From positions 15,419 through 79,418 of the forward strand of contig CAZHYS010000003.1 in the NCBI GenBank assembly GCA_964536975.1: a stretch of DNA of 64,000 bases, in the 5' to 3' direction. Made by a program: the position numbers and the translations under genes. Origin of the DNA: an uncultured Gammaproteobacteria bacterium (lineage in GTDB: Bacteria; Patescibacteriota; Patescibacteriia; 2-01-FULL-39-33). The notes under the pieces were generated by a model that saw only the letters and a program-made list of their open reading frames with translations, ran no database searches and was not told the DNA's origin. Shown one piece after another: positions 55,942 through 64,000 of this stretch (its first letter is position 1; every line of letters starts with the position of its first letter).

Positions 55942-56859
55942 ATGTCTTCAATTGAAGAAGAAAATTATGATGTAATGAAAATCACCATGGAGATGATTGG
56001 TAGTGTTTTGGAGTCCTCTGGAATTAGCACGGAAAAAGTTTCTTTTAAAAAAATTTCCAGAGAACAGAACAGCTCGACCAATACTTATATGATTGAGGCC
56101 GGTGGCGAGAGACATGTTTTAAAAATTTTTTCCAATGACGAATTATTCATCTCCAGCCGATTATTTTCATCACTGGCCGAAGAGGGCGGGATATCGGTGC
56201 CCGTTTTATTGAACTCATCGGACGAATGTTCCGACCTGGCGGCAAGCCATTGGATATTATGGGAGTGGTCGGTCGGTCAGCCGATTAATGAAATCAAAGA
56301 TTCGGATAAAAAAACCGCCGCCGCTGTTGAAGCCGGCCGGGTGCTTCGCAAGATGCACGATATTGATGTTAGCGGCGCGAAAGAATCAAATCCAACAGTT
56401 GAATTCTATCGTAAAAAAATAGATAACTTGCCGACAAACGATGTTTTTTCTGATGAGGAAAGAAAAAAGATAGTGAAACTTACTTTAGAAAGCGATGAGA
56501 TATCGTCTTTACAAAGATCGAAATTGATTCATGGAGATATAGCGGGAGATAACATTATTTTTGATGAAGCGACCGGTAAAGCAACTTTTATTGATCCGGG
56601 AGAAATAACCGCCGGAGATCCAATGATGGATTTGGCCGGTTCTCAGCGTCCTCGGCTGAGCCGCGAATTCCGAGAAGGAATTATGGCCGGCTATACAGCA
56701 GAAAAGCCATTGTCCCGGGAAGAGGAGAGTCGTTTTTTGAGATGGCTGCTTTTGAAAAATTTTATTTTCGTCTGTCGGCCTGGCGCAAGGGACAATAAGG
56801 AAGTAGAAAAAACTGTTGCGGATGTCCGTTCATTAATAGAGCAGATTGAAAATTTATAA
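55942..56859 (+). CDS. aminoglycoside/choline-kinase-like phosphotransferase (APH family)
   Basis: It has the Brenner motif LIHGDIAGDNIIFD and the motif FIDPGE. Confidence 0.65.
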   Translation: MSSIEEENYDVMKITMEMIGSVLESSGISTEKVSFKKISREQNSSTNTYMIEAGGERHVLKIFSNDELFISSRLFSSLAEEGGISVPVLLNSSDECSDLAASHWILWEWSVGQPINEIKDSDKKTAAAVEAGRVLRKMHDIDVSGAKESNPTVEFYRKKIDNLPTNDVFSDEERKKIVKLTLESDEISSLQRSKLIHGDIAGDNIIFDEATGKATFIDPGEITAGDPMMDLAGSQRPRLSREFREGIMAGYTAEKPLSREEESRFLRWLLLKNFIFVCRPGARDNKEVEKTVADVRSLIEQIENL

Positions 56860-56924
56860 AAAATCTCGCTAATTAAGTCGCAAAATAAAAAAACTGCCTT
56901 GCCGTGATACCCTGTTTATGTTAT

Positions 56925-57130
56925 GCAATCCCTCGAGTCGCGAGTTCCTTAGAGACGGGGCATGCCCCGTCTCTACAATTATTACCGATTACCGTCTCAC
57001 AGATAGTTCGGCTTTGCTCACCGTTAGCTTTATGGACTTTGCGAGCTTTATAGACTTTATGACTTCATAATTACTGATTACTGATTACCGATTTTCGACT
57101 TTATAGACTTTCGACTTTATGGACTTTACA
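56925..57130. repeat. composite repeat (gagtcgcgagtt, gacggggcatgccccgtc palindrome, taccgattac / gactttatagacttt word repeats)
   Basis: It shares segments with 35050-35215, 41230-41262 and 63560-63600. Confidence 0.65.
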
Positions 57131-57155
57131 GACTTCCGCATGTTATAATACCCTC

Positions 57156-57578
57156 ATGGAAAGCTATAAATCAGCCAAAATCTGGGAGCCGATTGATTTC
57201 ACGGTTTACTTTAAATTTGTCAGATGGTATGTCCTGCTCCTGCTTATTTTGGAAATCGGCTTAAGAATCTTTGTCGGCAATTATCCCAACAGCATTTTTT
57301 TTGAACAAATTGAACTGGTCGCCTGGGCGGTCAGGATTTTGGTTTTTGGCTTTATGGGATTTAAGGTCGTCAAACATTTTGGCCATAGCGCGGCTGTGGC
57401 CGCGATGGCCGGATTCTTGGCCGGCTTCAGTTCAGGGCTGGTCGTCTCGCTTTATCGTTTTTTTGACGGCATCACTGTCTGGAAATTTTTCAACATCATC
57501 ACGGAGACGATCCTGGTCGGCGCTGTCGGCGCGCTCGTGTGTGTGTTGATGATTTTTGTTTTGAGTTTTAAAAAATAA
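57156..57578 (+). CDS. hypothetical 4-TM membrane protein
   Basis: It is hydrophobic. I recognise no domain. Confidence 0.45.
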   Translation: MESYKSAKIWEPIDFTVYFKFVRWYVLLLLILEIGLRIFVGNYPNSIFFEQIELVAWAVRILVFGFMGFKVVKHFGHSAAVAAMAGFLAGFSSGLVVSLYRFFDGITVWKFFNIITETILVGAVGALVCVLMIFVLSFKK

Positions 57579-57582
57579 TAAC

Positions 57583-57690
57583 CACTCCCTATCCCGTTCG
57601 GCTTCGCTCAGGGCAGTCTCCTCCCCTTAGTAAAGGGAGGGGAGAACGGCCCCCAAATAAGGGATGGCAGGAGGGGTAAGGGAGGTTTTT
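57583..57690. repeat. CCTCC hairpin repeat copy with shared cggcttcgctcagggcag motif
   Basis: The sequence is ccctatcccgttcggcttcgctcagggcagtctcctccccttagtaaagggagggg. Confidence 0.7.
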
Positions 57691-57748
57691 TAAAAAAAAT
57701 AGTAGAAGTATTTTTCAAAAAATAATAATTCAAAAATAATTCAAATCT

Positions 57749-58072
57749 ATGTCAGAAACAAAAAAGGTCTCGGCCGAAGAAAAAGTCTGGGGAGCGATCG
57801 CTTATATTTGGATTTTGAGCTTGGTCGCTTTGGCGGCGCGCAAGAATAATGATTTTGTCCGCTTCCACGCCAATCAGGGACTTCTTCTTTTTGTCGCCTC
57901 AATTATTTTCTGGTTCATCCCGATTTTGGGCTGGTTGCTCAACTTGCTCATCGGCGTGATGGCCATTGTCGGCATTGTCAAAGCGCTTCAGGGCAAAAAG
58001 TGGGAATTGCCGGTCGCGGCCGATTTGGCCGATAAATTCGGCAATTGGCTGGTCAAGACTGTCAAATTGTAA
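57749..58072 (+). CDS. DUF4870-family small membrane protein
   Basis: The motif HANQGL sits between TM helices. Confidence 0.5.
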   Translation: MSETKKVSAEEKVWGAIAYIWILSLVALAARKNNDFVRFHANQGLLLFVASIIFWFIPILGWLLNLLIGVMAIVGIVKALQGKKWELPVAADLADKFGNWLVKTVKL

Positions 58073-58093
58073 TTAAAACCATAAATTAATTTC

Positions 58094-59596
58094 ATGAAAA
58101 AGACCAAGATCGTCGCGACGATTGGCCCGGTTTCGGAAACCAAGACGATGATGGAAAAAATGATCAAAGCAGGGATGAATGTCGCCCGGCTTAATTTTTC
58201 CCATGGCACTTACAAGCACCATCAGATGCTCATCAACAATCTTCGCGCCGTCGCCAAAAGATGCAACGATAATATCGCGATCATCCAGGATTTGCAGGGC
58301 CCGCGCATCCGTATCGGCAGTGTCGCCGAGGAGGGAATCAAAGTTGATGAAGGCGAGGAAATTTCATTGGTGCCGGAAAATTATGTCGTGCCGATAAAAG
58401 CGTTGAGCTTGTACATCCCGATTCAGTATCCCGATCTTTATAAAGAAGTCAAAGTCGGTCACCCCATTCTCATTGACGACGCGACGATTGAACTGGAGGT
58501 CGTCAAAATAAAAAATCGCGCCATCAATTGCCGGGTGGTGACCGGCGGCGTCATCAAGACGCACAAGGGCATGAATTTTCCCAAATCCACGATCAAATGT
58601 CCCCCGATTACCGCCAAGGATTGGCAGGATGTGGAGTTCGGCATCAAGAACAAAGTGGATTTCATCGCTTTGTCTTTTGTCAAAGATGCGGCCGACATCG
58701 TCAAACTGCGGAAAAAGATTTTTCTTTTGGAAAAAAAATATTGGAAAGGCGGCAACGGCTACGGTTTCAAATTGGAAAAGCCGACTGCCAAAGGCAAGGT
58801 CGGCGGCGTGCATACGCGGATAATCGCCAAGATAGAACGGCGGGAAGCGATCAAAAACATGGACTCTATTTTGGAAGCAGCTGACGGCATTATGGTCGCC
58901 CGCGGCGATTTGGGCATTGAAGTGCCGTTTGAAAATCTGCCGCTGATTCAGAAGAGCGTCATTGATAAGTGCCGCAAGGCCGGCAAACAGGTGATTGTCG
59001 CTACCCAGATGCTTGATTCTATGATCAGAAATCCGCTTCCTACTCGCGCTGAAGTGTCTGATGTCGCCAACGCGATTTTGGACGGCACGGATGCGATCAT
59101 GCTCTCTGGCGAGACGGCCAGCGGCAAATATCCGCTCAAGGCTGTGCAGGCAATGACTCGGATTGCCGGCGAAGTGGAGAGCCGGCTGATCGCCGAGCAG
59201 GAAGTCAAAGAAGGCGAGTTCAAAAATCTCAATTCCATCACTCAAATAATGAGCTTTGTCGCTCAAGACTTGGCCGAAGACGTCGCTCATGCCAAATTGA
59301 TTGTCTGCGCGACCACCTCCGGCTTTACCGCCCGAAACATTTCCCGTTTTCGCTCCGAGGTGCCGATAGTGGCTATCGCGCCGGCTCAGACGACGGTCAA
59401 TCAGTTGAGTTTGAGCTGGGGAGTCAAGGCGTATCTGGTGCCGTTTACCGCGTCATTCAATTCATTGCTGACAAAAATAAAAAAACTTCTTTTGAACAAG
59501 AAATTGGTGGAAAATGGCGAGACGATTATCGTTGTCGCCGGCCATCCATTCGGTTTCAAAGGCCAGACGAATTTGATAAAAGTGGAGGAGGTCTGA
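58094..59596 (+). CDS. pyk: pyruvate kinase
   Basis: It has MKKTKIVATIGP, the motifs NFSHG and MVARGDLG, and a C-terminal allosteric domain. An about 30-aa Lys/Gly-rich insert lies near 58720-58810. Confidence 0.9.
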   Translation: MKKTKIVATIGPVSETKTMMEKMIKAGMNVARLNFSHGTYKHHQMLINNLRAVAKRCNDNIAIIQDLQGPRIRIGSVAEEGIKVDEGEEISLVPENYVVPIKALSLYIPIQYPDLYKEVKVGHPILIDDATIELEVVKIKNRAINCRVVTGGVIKTHKGMNFPKSTIKCPPITAKDWQDVEFGIKNKVDFIALSFVKDAADIVKLRKKIFLLEKKYWKGGNGYGFKLEKPTAKGKVGGVHTRIIAKIERREAIKNMDSILEAADGIMVARGDLGIEVPFENLPLIQKSVIDKCRKAGKQVIVATQMLDSMIRNPLPTRAEVSDVANAILDGTDAIMLSGETASGKYPLKAVQAMTRIAGEVESRLIAEQEVKEGEFKNLNSITQIMSFVAQDLAEDVAHAKLIVCATTSGFTARNISRFRSEVPIVAIAPAQTTVNQLSLSWGVKAYLVPFTASFNSLLTKIKKLLLNKKLVENGETIIVVAGHPFGFKGQTNLIKVEEV

Positions 59597-59661
59597 AAAT
59601 AGCTAATCAGCTGTTTAGCTTATTAGCTTGTTAGTTGCTTAGCTTTTTAGATTAATTAAAA

Positions 59662-60018
59662 ATGATAAACAGTTACAAAGATTTGATAGTTTGGCAAAAA
59701 GCCATGGATTTGGTTGTTGCTATTTATAGTTTAACTGAAAAATTTCCTTCTTCGGAGGCTTATAATCTAACTTCTCAAATTAGACGTTCGGCCGTATCAA
59801 TTCCTTCAAATATAGCAGAGGGCAGAAGAAGGTCTGGAGTTAATGAATTTCGCCATTTTTTATTTATTGCTTACGCTTCCGGAGCGGAATTGGAAACACA
59901 GATTGAGATAGCCAGGCGGCTGTCTTTTGGAAAAAACCTTGATTTTAATAAAGTCGATGAATTATTAAATGAAGTAATGAAAATGCTCAATAAAATAATT
60001 GGCACTCTTCAATCCTAA
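59662..60018 (+). CDS. four-helix-bundle protein (TIGR02436; '23S rRNA intervening-sequence protein' family)
   Basis: The sequence DLIVWQKAMDLVVAIYSLTEKFP...QIRRSAVSIPSNIAEG is characteristic. The gene is flanked by agctaatcagct direct repeats. Confidence 0.75.
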   Translation: MINSYKDLIVWQKAMDLVVAIYSLTEKFPSSEAYNLTSQIRRSAVSIPSNIAEGRRRSGVNEFRHFLFIAYASGAELETQIEIARRLSFGKNLDFNKVDELLNEVMKMLNKIIGTLQS

Positions 60019-60045
60019 TCAGCTAAAAAGCTAATCAGCTAAAAT

Positions 60046-62421
60046 ATGTCTAAAAATATTCTTTGGTTCAAAGAAGTCGGCATCAAGGATGTCGGCAAGG
60101 TCGGCGGTAAAAACGCTTCTTTGGGTGAAATGTATCGTAAACTTACGCCCAAAGGTGTCGCCATTCCCAATGGTTTTGCTATCACTGCCGGCGCCTACAA
60201 TCATTTTTTGGATCGGGCCAAAATTCGCCGCCCGATTTTTGCTTTGCTCAAAGGTATTAGCAAAGATAATTTGAGCGATCGCGGCCGCAAAATTCGGGAA
60301 ATTATTTTGAGCTCGCGTCTGCCAGCGGATTTGGAAGAAGAAATCGCCGCCGCTTATGGCCGCCTTTCGGCCGGCTATAAAATGTCCGCCGCCGATGTCG
60401 CGGTCCGTTCGTCGGCGACAGCCGAAGATTTGCCGAACGCTTCCTTTGCCGGCCAGCAAGAATCATATCTTAATATCGTCGGTGAAAAAAATCTATTGGA
60501 AGCGGTCAAAAAATGTTTTGCTTCGCTATTTACTGATCGGGCGATTTCCTATCGGATGGATCAAGGATTCAATCATAAAAAAGTTTATCTCTCGGTTTGC
60601 GTCCAGAAGATGATCCGTTCGGACTTGGCGACTTCCGGCGTGATGTTTACCATTGACACCGAGAGCGGCAATAGCAATGTCATCCTCATTAATGCCGCCT
60701 ACGGCCTGGGCGAGTATGTCGTCAAAGGCGTGGTCAATCCCGATGAGTATTATGTTTTCAAAGGAACTCTGGCCAAAGGATATCAGCCGATTATTTCCCA
60801 TCAGGCTGGCGACAAAGCAAAGAAGCTGGTTTACAACTCTGGCGATGGCGAACCGACCAAATCTTTGCCGGTGCCGAAAAATTTGCGGCGCCGTTATGCT
60901 TTGTCTGACAAAGAAATACTCCAGCTTGCCAAGTGGGGGATGGTGATTGAAAAACATTATGGCCGGCCGATGGATATTGAATGGGCCAAAGATGGTCGAA
61001 CAAAAAAATTGTTCATCGTCCAGGCGCGGCCGGAAACAGTCGGCTCGCAAAAGGATCCCAACACCCTGGAAGAGTACAAACTGGATTTATCGGGCAAGGT
61101 GTTGTTTACCGGCGACAGTGTCGGCATGCGAATCGGACAAGGCAAGGTGCGGGTAATAAAAAATGTCAATCAGCTTCATACTTTCAAAGATGGCGAAGTG
61201 CTGGTCGCGCCAATGACTGATCCGGACTGGGAGCCGGTGATGAAAAAAGCGGCGGCGATTGTCACTGATAGCGGTGGTAGGACGTGCCACGCGGCCATAG
61301 TGTCGCGCGAGCTGGGCGTGCCGTGTGTGGTCGGCACCGGCCGGGCGAGCAAGGAAATCAGAAACGGCAAAGAGATTACCGTCTCTTGCGCCGAGGGTGA
61401 AATCGGCAAAGTGTATTCCGGCTTGCTCAAATACAGTGTCAAAAGAACCAACTTGAAAAAGCTGCCTCGCCCCAAAACCAAGATCATGATGAATGTCGGC
61501 AATCCGTACGCCGCGCTGTCTTTCACTTTTATTCCCAACGACGGCGTCGGCCTGGCGCGGGAAGAATTCATCATTACCAATTACATCAAGGTCCATCCGC
61601 TGGCGCTGTTGAATTTTTCCAAAATCAAAACCGCCAAAACAAAAAAGATTATTGAAGCGCTCACTGTCAATCATCCTAAGAAGTCCGATTTTTTCGTGGA
61701 TAAGCTGGCCGAAGGCGTGGGCATGATTGCCGCCGCTTTTTATCCCAAGGATGTCATTATCCGTTTGTCCGATTTCAAATCCAACGAGTATGCCAATCTG
61801 GTCGGCGGCGATGAATTTGAGCCGCAAGAGCCGAACCCGATGATCGGCTGGCGCGGCGCTTCGCGCTACTATGCCGACAAATACAAGGCCGCGTTTGTCT
61901 TGGAGTGCCAGGCGCTCAAAAAAGCTCGTGAGGAATTCGGCCTCAAGAATATCAAGATAATGATCCCATTCTGTCGGACCGTGGAAGAAGGGAAAAAAGT
62001 GATAAAAATAATGGCGGAGAACGGACTTAGGCAAGGCAAGGAGGGACTGGAAGTCTATGTGATGTGCGAAATTCCGTCCAACGTGATTTTGGCTGAAGAA
62101 TTTTCGGATATTTTTGACGGCTTCTCCATCGGCTCAAATGATTTGACGCAGTTGACACTCGGCGTAGACAGGGATTCGGAATTGGTCGCTCATATTTATA
62201 ATGAAAAAAATCAAGCGGTCAAAAATTTGATTTCTCAAGTGATTAGAGTCGCCAAAAAACGCAAACGGAAAATCGGTATTTGCGGCCAGGCGCCGTCGGA
62301 TTTTCCGGACTTTGCTCAATTTTTGGTGCGGGAAGGGATAGATAGCATGTCGCTCGTGCCGGACACAGTCGTCAAAACGACCCTCGCTGTTCTGGCGCAA
62401 GAGAAGAAGGTGAGAAGATAA
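60046..62421 (+). CDS. ppsA: phosphoenolpyruvate synthase (pyruvate, water dikinase)
   Basis: It has the N-terminal ATP-grasp, the central phospho-His domain (TDSGGRTCHAAIVSRELGVPCVVG) and a C-terminal PEP-utilising TIM barrel. Confidence 0.9.
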   Translation: MSKNILWFKEVGIKDVGKVGGKNASLGEMYRKLTPKGVAIPNGFAITAGAYNHFLDRAKIRRPIFALLKGISKDNLSDRGRKIREIILSSRLPADLEEEIAAAYGRLSAGYKMSAADVAVRSSATAEDLPNASFAGQQESYLNIVGEKNLLEAVKKCFASLFTDRAISYRMDQGFNHKKVYLSVCVQKMIRSDLATSGVMFTIDTESGNSNVILINAAYGLGEYVVKGVVNPDEYYVFKGTLAKGYQPIISHQAGDKAKKLVYNSGDGEPTKSLPVPKNLRRRYALSDKEILQLAKWGMVIEKHYGRPMDIEWAKDGRTKKLFIVQARPETVGSQKDPNTLEEYKLDLSGKVLFTGDSVGMRIGQGKVRVIKNVNQLHTFKDGEVLVAPMTDPDWEPVMKKAAAIVTDSGGRTCHAAIVSRELGVPCVVGTGRASKEIRNGKEITVSCAEGEIGKVYSGLLKYSVKRTNLKKLPRPKTKIMMNVGNPYAALSFTFIPNDGVGLAREEFIITNYIKVHPLALLNFSKIKTAKTKKIIEALTVNHPKKSDFFVDKLAEGVGMIAAAFYPKDVIIRLSDFKSNEYANLVGGDEFEPQEPNPMIGWRGASRYYADKYKAAFVLECQALKKAREEFGLKNIKIMIPFCRTVEEGKKVIKIMAENGLRQGKEGLEVYVMCEIPSNVILAEEFSDIFDGFSIGSNDLTQLTLGVDRDSELVAHIYNEKNQAVKNLISQVIRVAKKRKRKIGICGQAPSDFPDFAQFLVREGIDSMSLVPDTVVKTTLAVLAQEKKVRR

Positions 62422-62424
62422 AAT

Positions 62425-62830
62425 TAGTTTATAAAGTCTATAAAGTTCATAAAGTTTGTAAAGTCAGGAACTAGGAGTTAGGAATTAGCGTTTAGCGATT
62501 AGGGGAAAATGCAATAATTATAAAGTCAAAAGCCTATAAAGTTCGTAAAGCTTGTGGTGAGCGAAGTCGAACCATCGGATGTAGTGGCGGGTAGCGGTTC
62601 CCCCTCCTGGTCAGGAGGAGGGGGATAGGGGGAGGTTGGGAAGGGATATTTCCGACAATGCCCCCGCTCGATTCGTAGAGACGCGATTCATCGCGTCTAT
62701 AGTAGAGATGTTCCGATCCCGAGGACTCGGAAGGGGCGCCTCTTTTTGTTTATGGTTGGGGATTTCTTAGGGATGGGGCTCTTGTCTCGCCGTAGCTTAT
62801 GCGAAGGCGGATGCCCCCGTCTGGTTTGAC
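62425..62830. repeat. word repeats (ataaagt), second copy of the about 110-bp CCTCC-hairpin element, gacgcgattcatcgcgtc palindrome, and tctcgccgtagcttatgcgaaggcgga hairpin variant
   Basis: The stretch 62586-62700 aligns with 41146-41262. Confidence 0.7.
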
Positions 62831-62984
62831 TTTTGATTGTTTTCGCGTTATGATTATATTTACGAAAAAAAGAGGAGGATGAGAATTGGAGGATAATAAG
62901 TCTCCGCCCAATCCAATAAAAGAGTCGAGTAGATTTATTTAGTTTTGGGGTATAAGGCAATGAGAAGTGAGAAAGGATGACACG

Positions 62985-63197
62985 ATGGGATTTACGGTCA
63001 CAGTTCTCGGAGAAGAAACGGAGGAACGATTTGAAGGATTTGCCAACCGGAAGGAGGCCGGAGAATTCGCGGGTCCGCATATTGAAATGGGACATCGTTT
63101 CAAAGTCAGGAGAGCTTCGAGAACAAAGAGTCCTTTCGGAAAACACGGGCGACGAACCAGAGTTTGTCATCGTCGTCCCGTGACGAATTGTAAGTAG
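62985..63197 (+). CDS. small basic hypothetical protein (70 aa)
   Basis: An aaagga RBS lies 8 nt upstream of the ATG and a strong terminator follows at 63203-63238. Confidence 0.4.
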   Translation: MGFTVTVLGEETEERFEGFANRKEAGEFAGPHIEMGHRFKVRRASRTKSPFGKHGRRTRVCHRRPVTNCK

Positions 63198-63202
63198 TTT
63201 TT

Positions 63203-63238
63203 CCCGCCCGGGTAAGGTGTCCGGGCGGGTCTTTTTTT
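63203..63238 (+). terminator. intrinsic terminator
   Basis: The hairpin cccgcccgggtaaggtgtccgggcggg is followed by tcttttttt. Confidence 0.65.
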
Positions 63239-63239
63239 A

Positions 63240-63600
63240 CTTTGTCATCCCGAGCAGGGCCGAGGGATCCCTCCACTCCGCCTCCGGCTCCGGTCGGGAT
63301 GACATAATTTTTGATTGCCTCGCCACGGTTCCACCAGAGGCGGACAAGCGGTCGCCCGAGGCTTTCGCCGTGGCGGACATGGCAATTCCATTTTCATCTT
63401 GTCATTGCGAGCGACCGTGAGGGAGTGTGGCAATCCCACATTGATTAATGGTGACTTTTTTAAAACATGGGATCGTCACGTCCGCCACAGCGGACTCGCG
63501 ATGACACAGTATTCCGAGTATCTCAACACAGACGCGATAAATCGCGTCTCTACGGATTTCTATTCCGAGTTACGAGTCGCGAGTTACGAGCCCCAAATAG
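63240..63600. repeat. composite repeat: gtcatcccgag...cgagggatccctc, tccgccacgg...ccgtggcgga, gtcattgcgagcgaccgtgagggag, gacgcgataaatcgcgtc, gagttacgagtcgcgagttacgag
   Basis: It shares modules with 41270-41480 and 56925-57130. Confidence 0.65.
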
Positions 63601-63638
63601 ATTTTGACTTTCCTTTCTCATCCGCCTATCATAAAAGT

Positions 63639-64000
63639 ATGAATTTCTTGCATACATTTGACCCGCAGCCGATTTTTTTGTCGCTCGGACCAATTGCCAT
63701 CCGCTGGTACGGCGTGTTTATCGTGGCAGGGATTCTGGCTGGGCTGATGTTCGCCTTGTGTTTGGCTCGCCGCCGGCAAATCCCTTCTGACGATGTCTAT
63801 GACTTGGCGCTCGGTCTCATTATCTCCGGCATTATCGGCGCACGGCTGTATGAAGTATTATTTATTGAGCCGCTTTACTATTGGCACAATCCGCTCTCGG
63901 TTTTAAAAATCTGGCAAGGCGGTTTGGCGATTCACGGCGCGCTTGCTGGCGGAATTATTTTTTTGTTTTTCTTTTGTCGCCGGAAGAAGATCTCTTTTTG
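63639..64000 (+). CDS. lgt: prolipoprotein diacylglyceryl transferase, 3'-truncated by window edge
   Basis: It has the Lgt N-terminal signature MNFLHTFDPQPIFLSLGPIAIRWYGVFIVAGIL. The frame is open to the end of the window. Confidence 0.75.
   Translation, partial: MNFLHTFDPQPIFLSLGPIAIRWYGVFIVAGILAGLMFALCLARRRQIPSDDVYDLALGLIISGIIGARLYEVLFIEPLYYWHNPLSVLKIWQGGLAIHGALAGGIIFLFFFCRRKKISF

Noticed and set aside
62697-63170. 157-aa ORF on minus strand
   Set aside because: It spans intergenic repeat DNA and runs antisense to a small gene that has an RBS and a terminator. It has no start context of its own.

Overview
This 64-kb window reads as a compact, gene-dense bacterial chromosome segment. Compact genes, leaderless-looking starts and odd repeats fit a small-genome, CPR/Patescibacteria-like organism, but that is inference from sequence alone. 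I can support roughly 55 protein genes and 7 tRNA genes, with no rRNA and no CRISPR array. The tRNAs are all on the minus strand and sit in three clusters: Lys/Arg near 1.4 kb, Val/Ile near 9.1-9.6 kb, and His/Arg/Arg near 23.1-23.4 kb. Housekeeping content includes a minus-strand pilT-rnc-nusB-rpmF operon, an RluA-family pseudouridine synthase, cca, valS, tyrS, rpsO-pnp, groES-groEL behind a perfect CIRCE operator, lspA, lgt, comM, pyk and ppsA.

Three things stand out.

1. A defence island at about 44.8-51.9 kb is bracketed by matching 'atctccggagat' palindromes. It encodes a BcgI-like endonuclease-methyltransferase fusion, a DUF262 protein, a putative HEPN protein (Rx4H motif), a two-TRD specificity subunit, a Cas4-like four-cysteine nuclease, a NYN domain protein and an AbrB-like protein. 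No HsdR is present. The DUF262 and HEPN genes sit between the methyltransferase and the S subunit, the position occupied by the anticodon nuclease PrrC in EcoprrI, so they are a candidate R-M-guarded abortive-infection module.

2. A family of GC-rich 'CCCCTCC...GGAGGGG' hairpin repeats recurs at about 14 loci. Related word-like short tandem repeats such as 'ctaatcgctaattgcta', 'agctaatcagct', 'tttataaagt' and 'taccgattac' flank individual genes like cassettes. Some of these repeats have inserted in frame into coding sequences: the Cas4-like nuclease, the RluA-family gene and the O-antigen-ligase-like gene.

3. Every tRNA cluster is surrounded by duplicated tRNA end fragments, each coupled to a conserved hairpin plus a 'cgaaggcggaagcta'-like motif. 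This looks like scars of repeated site-specific integration or a dedicated repeat element.

Smaller observations are an sdpR/sdpI-like immunity pair, several compositional outliers with higher GC and lower GC, and a promoter-driven, hairpin-dense GC-rich candidate ncRNA at about 30.0-30.23 kb.
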